Positions 45,441 to 56,223 of a DNA stretch of 64,000 nucleotides are shown here, one piece after another (position 1 is the stretch's first letter; the number at the start of each line of letters is the position of its first letter). Under the pieces are notes generated by a model, which did not search any database, had not been told where the DNA came from, and saw nothing but the letters and a program-made list of their open reading frames with translations. Source of the DNA: an uncultured Alphaproteobacteria bacterium (GTDB lineage: Bacteria; Pseudomonadota; Alphaproteobacteria; Rhizobiales; Rhizobiaceae); NCBI GenBank assembly GCA_963792485.1, contig CAWBWL010000008.1, forward strand, positions 168,871 through 232,870. Reading direction: 5' to 3'. Both the position numbers and the translations under genes were made by a program.

Positions 45441-46493
45441 TTACCTCATCAGCTTTCGGTAAATCGCATTGAGCGCCGCTGCCTCGCCTTCCAGCGGAAA
45501 GTTCTGCTCAACATGCTCCCGCGCTGCCTGTCCGAAGCGATTGGCATGGCCAATATCCTTCAAAAAGAGCTCGATTGCCGCCGTTAACGCCGCAAGATCA
45601 CCAGCGGGGGTGACTATTCCCGTTTCTGGTGTCACCATTTCCGCATACGCCCCGGCGTCACTGGTGACCACAGGCGTCCCGGACGCCATGGCCTCAAGCG
45701 GCGTCAGGCCAAAGCCCTCGTTGCGCGACGGCGCGACAAAGAGCGAGAAGTGCCGATACCAAAGCTTCATGTCTGAAACTTCGCCAAGGAACCGGATGCG
45801 CTCGCCGAGTCCCTCGTCCTCGATACGGCGCTTCAACTCAGCTTCAAACGATTGATGCCCTGCAGTCGCTCGGCCGGTGATGATTGCCGTCCAGTCCGGA
45901 TATTTTGGAAGGAGCGCAATCATCGACTGCACGAATAGATCGGTGCCCTTCTGATGCCGGATGCGACCCGCGCACCCAATGGAGTATTTGCCCGGTAAGC
46001 CCGAGGCTGCGTAGTGATCGCCAGCCGTCACCGGCGGATGGAACGCCGCCGCGTCAATGCCGTGCATGACCACGTCATGCGGCACATCAAGGAACCTGCC
46101 GGAGCGAGCGCTGGTGGCGACGACATGATCCATCCTGCGGATCAGCCATTTCGTGAAGGACTTGTGCTGGCGCTGCGCCGCTGAGGTGAACATGACCTTG
46201 AGCGGCATTCGCAAGACATCGCGGGCAATGATTCCGCCGATCATCTCAACATTGCGGCGGGCATGCCAGACTCTGAACCTTTCCGGCCTCGGCCGCCGCC
46301 AAAGCCTCCAAATGTCGCGAAATCTCACATGCGGAAGATCTGCCGGAAGCCCCGGACCCAATGCGGCAATCTGGCAGTCTAATGCGCGCTGCGCAGGGAT
46401 AAGCTGGACGATTGTTGATGTGACGCCCGAAAGTCGCCGCTTGAAATTCGGTGCGATGACCTCGATGCCTTCAATATCCAGTTCGGAAGTCAT
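45441..46493 (-). CDS. Glycosyltransferase family 4 (group 1), LpcC-like
   Basis: GT-B C-terminal domain with the EGFGLTPLEAMASGTPVV motif. Confidence 0.75.
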   Translation of the reverse strand: MTSELDIEGIEVIAPNFKRRLSGVTSTIVQLIPAQRALDCQIAALGPGLPADLPHVRFRDIWRLWRRPRPERFRVWHARRNVEMIGGIIARDVLRMPLKVMFTSAAQRQHKSFTKWLIRRMDHVVATSARSGRFLDVPHDVVMHGIDAAAFHPPVTAGDHYAASGLPGKYSIGCAGRIRHQKGTDLFVQSMIALLPKYPDWTAIITGRATAGHQSFEAELKRRIEDEGLGERIRFLGEVSDMKLWYRHFSLFVAPSRNEGFGLTPLEAMASGTPVVTSDAGAYAEMVTPETGIVTPAGDLAALTAAIELFLKDIGHANRFGQAAREHVEQNFPLEGEAAALNAIYRKLMR

Positions 46494-46966
46494 TAAATAA
46501 ACTTGACGTTCTCGATCTCATACGCTCGCGCTCCGCCCGGGGCCTGAACTTCGATCACATCGCCCTTGGATTTGCCGATCAGGGCACGCGAGATGGGTGA
46601 CGAAATGGATATGCGCCCAGCCTTCACATCCGCTTCCTGATCACCGACGATTTGATAGACCTTCTTCTCTTCCGTCTCATCGTCAATCAGCGTGACCGTC
46701 GCGCCAAACACGATCCGGCTGCCGGTCAGTTTGCTCACGTCGATGATCTCCGACCGCGCAAGCAGGCTCTCGAGCTCGCTGACACGGCCTTCGTTGAGGG
46801 ACTGCTGCTCCTTCGCGGCATGATATTCCGCGTTTTCCGACAAATCGCCATGCGCTCGCGCCTCGGCGATCGCCTCGATGATGCGTGGACGCTCATCCTG
46901 CTGACGCCTGCGCAGTTCTTCCTTGAGCTTTGCATAACCACCGACGGTCATTGGCACCATTTCCAT
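46493..46966 (-). CDS. greA: Transcription elongation factor GreA
   Basis: [18 protein letters not shown] ... [17 protein letters not shown] ... canonical GreA. Confidence 0.9.
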   Translation of the reverse strand: MEMVPMTVGGYAKLKEELRRRQQDERPRIIEAIAEARAHGDLSENAEYHAAKEQQSLNEGRVSELESLLARSEIIDVSKLTGSRIVFGATVTLIDDETEEKKVYQIVGDQEADVKAGRISISSPISRALIGKSKGDVIEVQAPGGARAYEIENVKFI

Positions 46967-47115
46967 CGAACACGTCCCTAAAAGCCCGTTTTCAGACGGG
47001 AAAATCACAAAAAGAAACGGCCCGGACTTGCAAGGTTCGGGGCCGTTACTGACAAATCAGATGTTTTATAGCACTCGCCAAGCGGATTTCACAAGAAATT
47101 CCGCAGTGAAGCCTG

Positions 47116-47688
47116 TCAGTTGTGCGCGCTTAACAGCTTGGCCAGTTCCGCATATTCCGGGCATTCGCCTTTGCAGCGGGCCTTGATTTCCAAAAGCTGA
47201 CCCTTAGCGCCGGAAATGTCGCCCATTTGAATGAGCGCTTCGCCGAGATATTCGCGCACCAGGGTGTAGTCCGGGTCGACCTCCAGCGCCTGCTTATAAT
47301 AGGCCAGACCGACCTCGATCTGGCCGGATTTGCGGTAGGAATAGCCGAGATAGTTCAAAACGCGCTTGTCACGCGGGTTGGAGACATAGTTCAGCGTGGT
47401 GATTGCCTCATCATAACGGCCGTCAAGCGCATATTCCCGTCCGGCATTGTAAAGGCTCTCGTCATCCAGCGAGCCTTGCTGCGCATCCTGGCAAGCCTTC
47501 TTTGAGATGTTCCAGACGCGCCCGTCTTTCTTGCATTTCGCCTTGGCCTCCACCTGCTTTTTCGTCAGCGGCTCTTCGGTTGCCGCAGGTTCAGAAGACC
47601 CGCCGCTCGCCGCCGCCAAGGCCATTGGAGCAGAGAATACCGTTGAAATCAGCGCGGCGAGCATGATTGTTCTGACCTGAGTGATCAT
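47116..47688 (-). CDS. Secreted tetratricopeptide-repeat protein
   Basis: Signal peptide, TPR-like helical repeats, two Cys pairs. Confidence 0.65.
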   Translation of the reverse strand: MITQVRTIMLAALISTVFSAPMALAAASGGSSEPAATEEPLTKKQVEAKAKCKKDGRVWNISKKACQDAQQGSLDDESLYNAGREYALDGRYDEAITTLNYVSNPRDKRVLNYLGYSYRKSGQIEVGLAYYKQALEVDPDYTLVREYLGEALIQMGDISGAKGQLLEIKARCKGECPEYAELAKLLSAHN

Positions 47689-47774
47689 TGATCGATTCCT
47701 CGTCTAAAGCCCTTCTCCTCCTCAAAATAACGGTTGCGGACCCAATAGCCAGTCACGTTAGGGTGAAGTTTCTT

Positions 47775-48206
47775 TCAGAGCGCTGACCGCAACTCTTTGC
47801 GCCACATGAATTTCAGCCCGGACCAGATGTCATCCACAGCGCAGACTTTGACGTCGACAAGGCCCATGGGGAGAATGACTTCGCGCAAAACGTCTTCGGT
47901 GATGTCAGTCGGAACTTTCGAGGACTTTTTCGGCCAAGATATCCAGAGCATGCCGTCAGGAAGCAATTGTGCGGCAATCGGCGCAAGAAAATCCTCAAGC
48001 CTGGCGCGGCTGGTTTCGAACCAGTGGATGACGTCGATCCGGCGAAGTCCTGTTGATTGGGCGGGGGCGTCGAAGGCGGTCACCTCCGCAAAGCTGGGGA
48101 AATGGGTGATCTCGATCAGAACTTGCGGGACAGCGACAAGAATGGCCGATTGGCCGTCTTTGAAGCCGAGCTTTTTTACAAGTGGATTGGGCGAGTATCC
48201 GGCCAT
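47775..48206 (-). CDS. DUF3052 domain-containing protein
   Basis: MAGYSPNPLVKKLGFKDGQ ... matches the DUF3052 N-terminal pattern. Confidence 0.65.
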   Translation of the reverse strand: MAGYSPNPLVKKLGFKDGQSAILVAVPQVLIEITHFPSFAEVTAFDAPAQSTGLRRIDVIHWFETSRARLEDFLAPIAAQLLPDGMLWISWPKKSSKVPTDITEDVLREVILPMGLVDVKVCAVDDIWSGLKFMWRKELRSAL

Positions 48207-48210
48207 GGCG

Positions 48211-49467
48211 TCAGGCCGGCGATGTCAGCGCGTTACGCGGCCCGCTTCGAAGCCCGAACGACAGCACAACCGCCAAAGCGATCAACAGCGATGCGGCGTA
48301 GAACGGAAGGCCGGGAAGGTTCAGGCCTTTCGACGGATCAATGGCGAAGGCGAAGGCGAACGCAAAGGCCCAAGGCGCGACCATGCCCGACAAGCCCATC
48401 AGGCTGGCATTGGCGCCCTGCAGCCTGCCTTGCTCATCCGCATCAACCTCCAGCGTCATCAGCGCGGTCGCCGCAGGCTGCGCCAGACCCCAGAGCGCCA
48501 TAACCGGAACGCCGAAGAGGAACAGCCAGCCGGTTGGGGCAGCGCCGTAAATCCAGAAACCGGCAGCGCCCATCAGAAGCCCGAGCGCCAGGGCGCGTTT
48601 TTCTCCGAGCATTTTGACCACGGGCCGCACCAGTCCCGCCTGGACAATCATCGACGTCACGCCAACGCCTGCGAGCACCAATCCAACCTCGCGCTCCTGC
48701 CAGTTATAGCGGAAGCCCATGTAGAGCACGGCGCAGGCGGGCAGGACGTGATGCGAGAACTGGAAGATGAAGTTGATCGCGCCGAGGCGCGCGAGCTGGC
48801 TGGTGCGCGAGAGGAGTTTCAGGGAAGCGAAAGGATGCGCGGATTTGAGTTTGAACGGGACGCGCAAATGTCTGGGCAAGGATTCCGGCAGGACAAAATA
48901 GCCATATAGAAAGTTCGCAAAACTCATGGCGGCGGCGGCAAAGAACGGCAGGCGCAGATCATAATGACCCAGCACCCCGCCCAGCGCCGGGCCGAGCACG
49001 AAGCCGAGGCCGAAAGCCGCGCCAAGCATGCCGAACGCCCCTGCCCGCTTGTCGGGTTCGGTGATGTCAGAGATATAGGCCTGCGCGGTTGAGACAGTTG
49101 CGGAGAATACGCCGGCAAACACGCGCCCGATGAAGAGCACCCATAGCGCAGGCGCGAGCGCCATGATGAGATAGTCCACACCAAGGCCGAGATTGGACAT
49201 CAGGATGACCGGCCGCCGTCCATAAGTGTCGGCGAGCGCCCCCATGACGGGAGAGGCGATGAACTGCATCAGCGCCCAAATCGACATGAAAATGCCAACC
49301 ATCTGCGCCGCGCTGTAATAGGCCCCGCCCATCAGTGTCAGGATCAGCTTCGGCAGCACCGGGATGATGATGCCGATCGACAGCATGTCGAGGAGCACGG
49401 TGATGAAGATGAAGACAAAGGCGGGCGAACGGGCTGCGCGGCCTGAAGGCGCGGAAGAGTCGGACAT
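48211..49467 (-). CDS. MFS transporter (TetA/TCR-like, 12 TM)
   Basis: LDMLSIGIIIPVLP ... and GALADTYGRRPV are MFS motif A-like. Confidence 0.85.
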   Translation of the reverse strand: MSDSSAPSGRAARSPAFVFIFITVLLDMLSIGIIIPVLPKLILTLMGGAYYSAAQMVGIFMSIWALMQFIASPVMGALADTYGRRPVILMSNLGLGVDYLIMALAPALWVLFIGRVFAGVFSATVSTAQAYISDITEPDKRAGAFGMLGAAFGLGFVLGPALGGVLGHYDLRLPFFAAAAMSFANFLYGYFVLPESLPRHLRVPFKLKSAHPFASLKLLSRTSQLARLGAINFIFQFSHHVLPACAVLYMGFRYNWQEREVGLVLAGVGVTSMIVQAGLVRPVVKMLGEKRALALGLLMGAAGFWIYGAAPTGWLFLFGVPVMALWGLAQPAATALMTLEVDADEQGRLQGANASLMGLSGMVAPWAFAFAFAFAIDPSKGLNLPGLPFYAASLLIALAVVLSFGLRSGPRNALTSPA

Positions 49468-49605
49468 GAAAAGCTTTCTGCATTAAGCACGTGAAACTAA
49501 CCGCCGCCTGCGAAAAAACAACTGCCGGCAGCCCCTGATCCTGACATGCCTTGTCCGCAGCATCGCCTTGACTTAGACAAACCTCCCGTTCCCGGAAATC
49601 TTGAC

Positions 49606-50547
49606 ATGACCCATGCCCGCGCCAATTTGCTGCTGCTGACCGCAGGCGCCATCTGGGGCATGGGCTTTGTCTCGCAGCAAACCGCGATGGATCATGTCGG
49701 ACCCTGGTTTTTCATTGCCATCCGGTTTGCCATTGCCGCGCTCGCCATGCTGCCGCTGGCGCTGCGCGAACTTGCCGGCGCCGGACGGCGGGTGACGGGC
49801 GATGAGTATGGAAAATTCGCACTGATCGGCCTGTTTTTCTTTTTTGGCAACGGCGCGCAGCAGATCGCCTTGATGACGACGTCGGTAACGAATGCCGGTT
49901 TCCTGACAGCGCTTTACATCATCCTCGTGCCGATCCTTGGCATAGTGATTTTCCGCCAGCTGCCGCACTGGGTCATCTGGCCAGCGTCAGCGCTCGCTTT
50001 GTCTGGCATCTTTCTGCTGTCAGGCGGCAAGCTTGACGCGCTGAGCGCCGGGGATTTGCTGACCATTTTGTGTGCGGCCTTTTGGGCGGTGCAGATCATG
50101 CTTGTTGGCCGGTTTGGACAGGCCAGCCGACTGCCGGTGGCGCTGACTGTCGTGCAATTTGCAGTGACAGCGCTGATGGCCGGCATTGTGACGATTTTCA
50201 TGGAGCGGGTTGAACTTAACGCCGCGCTGCTCGCAGCGCCGGAAATCCTGTTTTCCGGCGTGGTGGCGGGCGGCATCGCATTTACACTGCAAACCGTCGG
50301 CCAACAGCACACGAGCGCGCCGCAAGCGGCGATATTCCTGTCATCGGAAGCCCTGTTCGCGGCGTTTTTTGGCGTCTTGCTGGTTGGAGACCGCCTTGTG
50401 CCAATAGCTTGGCTCGGCTGCGCGCTGATTTTCGCAGCGATACTGGCGACCGAGCTTGTGCCCGGATGGCTCGCCAGACGGGAGGACAATCAGGCCCGGA
50501 AAAAGAACGCTGCGCCAGGGGCGGTCAGCACAAAACCGACCAGTTGA
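49606..50547 (+). CDS. DMT-superfamily (EamA) transporter
   Basis: Two EamA repeats, 10 TM helices. Confidence 0.8.
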   Translation: MTHARANLLLLTAGAIWGMGFVSQQTAMDHVGPWFFIAIRFAIAALAMLPLALRELAGAGRRVTGDEYGKFALIGLFFFFGNGAQQIALMTTSVTNAGFLTALYIILVPILGIVIFRQLPHWVIWPASALALSGIFLLSGGKLDALSAGDLLTILCAAFWAVQIMLVGRFGQASRLPVALTVVQFAVTALMAGIVTIFMERVELNAALLAAPEILFSGVVAGGIAFTLQTVGQQHTSAPQAAIFLSSEALFAAFFGVLLVGDRLVPIAWLGCALIFAAILATELVPGWLARREDNQARKKNAAPGAVSTKPTS

Positions 50548-50655
50548 ACTGCCCGGCTGCCCGCCCCGCCTCCAAATCACCACAGCAATTAAAACAATTG
50601 ATGAGGTTCCGTTTACGATTTGCGAATATTCTAACGGCTGTTTTGGGGATGTACC

Positions 50656-51567
50656 ATGTACCGGACCGCCTTGGCGCTGACGCTGACAAGCGCCTTCATT
50701 CTCGCAGCCTGCACGACCGACAGCGTGATGCGCCCGGATGTGGACCTCGGCGCACAGACCTCTGCAATGCCGCGCCCTGCCGGGCCCGAAGAGTTTCAGG
50801 GCGCTGACCCGGACCCCGACCAGATCGAAGAGCCGCAGGATTATGCGATGAGCGTGCCGCAGGAGCCGGAGTATTCTTCGCCCGCCCAGATCGAGCCGGT
50901 GCCAGTGGAGCCAGAATATGTTGAACCCGCGCAGCCGAAGCGCAAAGGCTTCATCGCGGCGGGTTTCTCGCGCATGATCGATCCGCTCAGCCGCAGCGAA
51001 GAGCGCGATGGGCTTCCGGCAGAAGAAGTGCAGTGCCGCAAAAAGCTTGACCGCATGGGCGTAGTCTATCGCGACCTGCCAACAATTCACGGCAACGGCG
51101 ATTGCGGTATTGCTCACCCGGTCGAAGTCTCGCGGCTTGGCGGGGGGGTCAAGATGCAGCCATCGGCGACGCTCACCTGCGAAATGGCCGAGACGCTGGC
51201 GCGCTGGTCGAAGAAGGAACTGGTCCCCGCCGCGCGTGGCCGTTATCTGTCGGGCATTGACACCATTCATCAGGCCTCCAGCTATTCCTGCCGCTGGGTG
51301 AAAGGCCGCGTTGGCGGCACATTGTCAGAACACGGCAAGGGCCAGGCCATCGACATCGGCAAGATCACGCTGAACAATGGCAAGCAGATTGCGGTGCGAA
51401 AGAAGGCATTCTGGAAGTTCCGTGAGAAAGGCCTGCTGCAAAGCGTGCGCTCCGACGGTTGCGACTATTTCACGACCGTGCTTGGGCCGGGGTATGATGC
51501 TGACCATAAGGACCATTTCCATTTTGACATCAAGGAACGGCGCAATGGCGGCCAATACTGCCGTTAA
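50656..51567 (+). CDS. Extensin-like C-terminal-domain lipoprotein
   Basis: Lipobox LAAC. Pro/Glu-rich linker. Conserved C-terminal domain (CGIAHPVEVS ... CRW ... DHFHFD). Confidence 0.8.
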   Translation: MYRTALALTLTSAFILAACTTDSVMRPDVDLGAQTSAMPRPAGPEEFQGADPDPDQIEEPQDYAMSVPQEPEYSSPAQIEPVPVEPEYVEPAQPKRKGFIAAGFSRMIDPLSRSEERDGLPAEEVQCRKKLDRMGVVYRDLPTIHGNGDCGIAHPVEVSRLGGGVKMQPSATLTCEMAETLARWSKKELVPAARGRYLSGIDTIHQASSYSCRWVKGRVGGTLSEHGKGQAIDIGKITLNNGKQIAVRKKAFWKFREKGLLQSVRSDGCDYFTTVLGPGYDADHKDHFHFDIKERRNGGQYCR

Positions 51568-51661
51568 AGACGCTTTTGCTTGCCTGGCTGTCGCCGAAGC
51601 TACCTTCCCTTTTGCCTTTCAGAAGCTAGCATGCGCTCAATGAGCACGTGAAGGAACGCGC

Positions 51662-52861
51662 ATGATAGTCAAGGACGCACGCACATTTGTCGTCGGGACA
51701 CCCGACGGCATCGGCGGCAAATACTTCATCTTTGTGAAGCTTGTGACCGACGGCAATGTCGTTGGTTACGGCGAGGCCTATAACGGCGCGTTTGATCCGC
51801 ATTTGACATCGAAGCTGATCGAAGATGTCGCGGCGCGGTATTTGATTGGCCATGACCCGCACGACATCGAAATGTTCTTCCGCCGCGCCTACTCGTCCGG
51901 ATTTACCCAGCGGCCTGACACCACGATGATGGGTTGTGTGTCGGCGCTGGAAATGGCCTGCTGGGACATTGTCGGCAAGGAAGCGGGCCAGCCCGTGCAT
52001 AAGCTGTTGGGCGGGCGCGTGCATGAGTCGCTGCGCTGCTATACATATCTCTATCCGAAATCCGGACCGGTATATCCCAAAGAGCCGGTGAATGTTTACA
52101 ACGATCCGGACATGGCCGCCGAAGCCGCTCTCGCCTGCCTCGCGCAAGGGTTTGACGCAGTGAAGTTCGACCCCGCCGGCGCCTACACAGCCTTTGATCC
52201 GCATCAGCCGCGTCTTGACGACGTTGACCTTTCGGCTCGCATGGTCGGCGCCGTGCGTGCCGCTGTCGGGACAAAGGCCGACATTCTGTTCGGCACGCAC
52301 GGCCAGTTCACTCCGTCCGGCGCCGCACGCCTTGCGCGCGCCATCGAGCCGTTCGACCCGCTCTGGTTCGAGGAACCGGTGCCGCCGGACAATATGGAGG
52401 CCATGGCCGAGATCGCGCGCAAGACTTCCATCCCGATCGCCGCAGGCGAGCGGCTGACAACGAGGTTCGAATTCGCCCGCCTCATCGAGCTGCGCGCCGC
52501 CTCAATCCTGCAGCCGAACGCTGGCCGCTGCGGCGGCATATTGGAAATGAAGAAAATCGCCGCCATGGCCGAGGCGCATCACATCCAGATCGCACCGCAT
52601 TGCTATTGCGGCCCAATAGAAGCCGCCGCCAATATCCAGGCGGCGCTGACCATGCCGAACTTCCTCATCCTTGAGGCGATCAAGACTTTTGACGGCTTTC
52701 ATGCGCAGCTTCTAGAAAAGAAGCTGTCCCTTGAAAACGGAAGGCTGATCCCTTCGCAGGAACCGGGGCTCGGCGTGACGCTGAATGAGATAGTGGCCGA
52801 AGCGCATCCCTACACGGACAATGACCTGCATCTGACAATGCAGCAGACGCCTCAATCTTGA
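51662..52861 (+). CDS. Mandelate racemase/muconate lactonising enzyme family dehydratase (enolase superfamily)
   Basis: Capping domain plus TIM-barrel with the metal-ligand pattern (KFDP ... EEP ... ERL). Substrate unknown. Confidence 0.85.
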   Translation: MIVKDARTFVVGTPDGIGGKYFIFVKLVTDGNVVGYGEAYNGAFDPHLTSKLIEDVAARYLIGHDPHDIEMFFRRAYSSGFTQRPDTTMMGCVSALEMACWDIVGKEAGQPVHKLLGGRVHESLRCYTYLYPKSGPVYPKEPVNVYNDPDMAAEAALACLAQGFDAVKFDPAGAYTAFDPHQPRLDDVDLSARMVGAVRAAVGTKADILFGTHGQFTPSGAARLARAIEPFDPLWFEEPVPPDNMEAMAEIARKTSIPIAAGERLTTRFEFARLIELRAASILQPNAGRCGGILEMKKIAAMAEAHHIQIAPHCYCGPIEAAANIQAALTMPNFLILEAIKTFDGFHAQLLEKKLSLENGRLIPSQEPGLGVTLNEIVAEAHPYTDNDLHLTMQQTPQS

Positions 52862-52872
52862 AACTGGATATC

Positions 52873-53796
52873 ATGCAACAGCAAAAATACGCCTTTATCG
52901 GACTTGGACATCTCGGCGCAAACTTGGCCGGCAGTCTGCTGCGCGGCGGCTTTGACGTCACCGTCTATGACCGGGACGGTCAGGCCTTGGAACGCCTTGC
53001 CACGCTCGGCGCGAAAACCGCGGCCTCTCCATCAGAGGCGGCCAGCTACGCCGGAAACGCCATCACCTGCCTGCCTTCTCCCACTGTTTCCGAGCTTGTG
53101 CTCGCCGGACCCGGCGGCTTGCTCGAAGGCCTGCCGCAAGGCGGAACATGGATCGAGATGTCCACCAATGGCCGCGACGAGATCCTGCGACTCGCCGCGC
53201 TCGCTGCATCCAAGGGCATCCATACGCTGGAGTGCCCCGTAACGGGCGGCGTCCACCGCGCGGCGGCCGGTGAGATCACCGCGCTGGTCGGTGGTGACAA
53301 AGCGCTGTACGAGGTCCATCTGCCCGCTGTTTCCGCCATGACGGGCCGATCGTTTCATATGGGAGAGATCGGCTCGGCTGCTGTCATCAAAGTCATCACC
53401 AACATGCTCGCCTTCATCCATCTGGCGGCGGCGGGCGAAGCGATGATGCTGGCCAAGAAAGGCGGGCTGGACCTTGCCCAGGCCTTCCACGCAATCGCCG
53501 CGTCCTCGGGCAATTCCTTTGTCCACGAAACCGAGACGCAGCTGGTCCTTTCGGGCTCCTACAATATTGGCTTCACAATGGACCTTGCCCTCAAGGATCT
53601 GGGCTTTGCGCTCGGCATGGGCAAAGAGTTCGGCGTGCCGCTTGATCTCGCCGCGATAGTGACCCAGGCGTTCATACGCGGCAAGGCCGCTTATGGCGGC
53701 GACGCGTGGTCGACCAAGCTGATCAAACTTTTGGAAGACGTCACAGACACGCCGCTGCGGGCGGAGGGCTTTCCGGAAACCTTAGCCCCGGCCTAA
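52873..53796 (+). CDS. NAD(P)-dependent 3-hydroxyacid dehydrogenase (HIBADH / 2-hydroxy-3-oxopropionate reductase family)
   Basis: FIGLGHLGANLA Rossmann motif plus the NAD-binding_11 C-terminal domain. Overlaps the stop of the upstream dehydratase. Confidence 0.85.
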   Translation: MQQQKYAFIGLGHLGANLAGSLLRGGFDVTVYDRDGQALERLATLGAKTAASPSEAASYAGNAITCLPSPTVSELVLAGPGGLLEGLPQGGTWIEMSTNGRDEILRLAALAASKGIHTLECPVTGGVHRAAAGEITALVGGDKALYEVHLPAVSAMTGRSFHMGEIGSAAVIKVITNMLAFIHLAAAGEAMMLAKKGGLDLAQAFHAIAASSGNSFVHETETQLVLSGSYNIGFTMDLALKDLGFALGMGKEFGVPLDLAAIVTQAFIRGKAAYGGDAWSTKLIKLLEDVTDTPLRAEGFPETLAPA

Positions 53797-54516
53797 GCCA
53801 CGACAATTGGCGAACCTTTGCTGACTCGGCGATAGAGATCGACCACGTCCTGATTGATCATGCGCACGCAGCCGGAGGACATGGCCTGGCCGATTGTCCA
53901 CCATTCGGGCGAACCGTGCACGCGGTAGCCGGTGTCGGCGCCGTTTTTGTAGATATACATGGCGCGCGCGCCGAGCGGGTTTTCAAGGCCGCCGGGCTGG
54001 CCGCCTGCCCATTTGGCGACTTCCGGCTTGCGGGCGATCATTTCCTTTCGGCGGTGTCCAGACTGGCCATTCCTTGCCGTGATTGATTAGAGCGCGGCCT
54101 TGCCATTCAAACCCGGCCTTGCCGATGCCGACCCCATAACGGATCGCATCACCGCCTTCCTGCACGAGATACAGGAACTTCTCCGCCGTGATAACAACGA
54201 TGGTGCCCGGCGCTTCTCCGGTCGGGTCGACCACAACTTGCCGCCGCCATTTCGGGTCGACCTTCTGGTACGGGATCGCTGGAAGCGTGAAGCCGCCATC
54301 GACGAAAGAAGCATACATGGCTTTCGGATTCTGGACATAGGGATCAACAGAGATCTTCGGACGCACGGTGCCCGTCGGCATCATGTCCTGCATGCCTTCC
54401 GGATCAAAAGCGACTTCGCGCCCGCCGACAACGCAGCCGGACAAAGCGAGCGAACCCAGACCCAAAAGCGCCTTGCGACGCGATATGCCGTTATGCCACG
54501 CGAATTTCTCAGACAT
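53793..54516 (-). pseudogene. L,D-transpeptidase (YkuD domain) lipoprotein, frameshifted near 54030
   Basis: Lipoprotein signal LLGLGSLALSGC. Catalytic HGSPEWWTIGQAMSSGCVRM is in the second frame (ORF 53793..54041). Confidence 0.8.
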
Positions 54517-54713
54517 TTGTCCCATTCCCAACCAGCCGACCCAAAAACACTTATCGGCCATTATGGTTTCCGAAGTGTGAAACCCTTTGACGGCAGAACG
54601 CGGCTATTTTGCGGTTTCAACACCAATCCGGCGCCTCCCTGTCCGAAGGGAGACGCCGGTTTTACGGCGGTCAGGAGTGGGGCGCTGAACTGGCCGCCGG
54701 TATGGGGCAAACC

Positions 54714-55031
54714 CTAGAGGCGGCAGCGGCGCTCGTAGCCGTTACGATTAATGTAGGTGTCGGAATGCGGGTCGTAGCTGCGATAGCGGGCAAGACAGCG
54801 GGCCACATGCGCATCCCATGAGTCGACATAGATCACCTGGCCGTGGCGGCGGTGACCGTGGTGGCCATGGCTGCCAACAATGGCGCCGAGGACGAAGCCG
54901 CCCGCGCCGGCGAGAATGGCGGCTTCTTCACGCGACAGACCTGCGGCGCTGGCTTGATTGACGGAGCCGAAGCCTGTGGCCAGAACCGCGGCGGCGAGGA
55001 GCGAGACGGAGAGTTTTTTCGTGATCGACAT
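54714..55031 (-). CDS. BA14K-family secreted protein
   Basis: Signal peptide. C-terminal RCLARYRSYDPHSDTYINRNGYERRC is the BA14K signature. Confidence 0.7.
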   Translation of the reverse strand: MSITKKLSVSLLAAAVLATGFGSVNQASAAGLSREEAAILAGAGGFVLGAIVGSHGHHGHRRHGQVIYVDSWDAHVARCLARYRSYDPHSDTYINRNGYERRCRL

Positions 55032-55123
55032 GACAGACTTTCCTTTTGAACCCTGGAAGGAACGGCTCATCCGCGCCTATGATGTTAAGTCGCGGGGAGG
55101 GTCGGAATGGTTCGAAAGAAAGT

Positions 55124-56071
55124 TCAGATTTTTTCTGTGACGCCTTCGGGGAGCCTCGAGCGCCGGGTTGAACCCCGCGTCAGCAGGGCGATCAGCCCGG
55201 CGGCGACGATCAGCAGCGCGCCGCCAATCGTGGTTGTCTTTGGTGTTTCATTGAAGATCAGCCAGCCCCAGAGGGTCAGCCAGATGAGGCCCGTATACTC
55301 AAACGAGGCGGCAGTGTTGGCGGCGGCGTAGCGATAGCCGTTGGCGAGAAGCACCGTGCCCGCTGCGGCGACGATCCCGCACGAAGCCATGAGAACGCCA
55401 TCCACTGGGTTCGGCCAAACCCACGCCCGCACGAGGAATTTTAGCGAAGGATGGTCCGGCACCGGCAGGTCCGCAAATTGAAACAGCAGCGCCATGGCGG
55501 CCGCAGCGAGGAAGAACACGCCGTTCTGGTACAGCGACAGAACCGGCCCTGACGCCGAAGCGCCCACCTTTCGGGCCATGAGCTGCGAGAAGGCGTAGGT
55601 GGCGCCAGCCAGAAGTGACAACAATGCGGCGGGCTCGAATACGCCTCTGCCGGGGCGCAGCATGATCAGAACACCGAGAAGCCCGATGGCGACGGCTAAC
55701 CAGACTTTCCAGTTGGAGTGTTCGCCGAGATAGGGCCCGGCCATGATGACAACAAACAGCGGGACAGTGAAATATAGCGCCGTTGCGTCGGCCAGCGGAA
55801 GCGCCGGAAAGGCGAGATAATAGACCGCATAGGAGACGAACAGGATCAGCGCGCGCGTGGTCAAAAAGCCTACATTGCGGGTGAGCGCGGCAAGATCGCC
55901 AGCATGCAAGACCAGAGCGAAAAGGATCGGCACGGCGATGATCGTTCGCAGGACGATGACTTCGCTGAGCGGATAGGAGCCGGACACATATTTCAGCAGC
56001 ACGTCCTGCAGCGTGAAAACGAACGCCCCGGCGCACAGCGAAACCACACCTTTGAGCGTCGTGCCCGCCAT
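55124..56071 (-). CDS. DMT-superfamily (EamA) transporter
   Basis: 10 TM helices, two EamA repeats. Confidence 0.8.
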   Translation of the reverse strand: MAGTTLKGVVSLCAGAFVFTLQDVLLKYVSGSYPLSEVIVLRTIIAVPILFALVLHAGDLAALTRNVGFLTTRALILFVSYAVYYLAFPALPLADATALYFTVPLFVVIMAGPYLGEHSNWKVWLAVAIGLLGVLIMLRPGRGVFEPAALLSLLAGATYAFSQLMARKVGASASGPVLSLYQNGVFFLAAAAMALLFQFADLPVPDHPSLKFLVRAWVWPNPVDGVLMASCGIVAAAGTVLLANGYRYAAANTAASFEYTGLIWLTLWGWLIFNETPKTTTIGGALLIVAAGLIALLTRGSTRRSRLPEGVTEKI

Positions 56072-56223
56072 TTCAAACCCCTGCCCTATATGCGAAGCTT
56101 AGCCGGTTCGCGGCGCATTATAGCGTGGTACTCGCGACGGCGGCGGCCGCAAAAACGGCGCGAACTTGCACTCGGGGGCAAGTGGGGTATGGTTCCAAGG
56201 GCGCAATGACACGGGAGACTGCC

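Noticed and set aside
47797-48909. 370-aa plus-strand ORF
   Set aside because: Antisense to the DUF3052 and MFS transporter genes.
52858-52872. TTG start at 52858 for the dehydrogenase gene
   Set aside because: It overlaps the upstream stop. The ATG at 52873 gives the canonical MQQQKYAFIGLGHLG Rossmann N-terminus.
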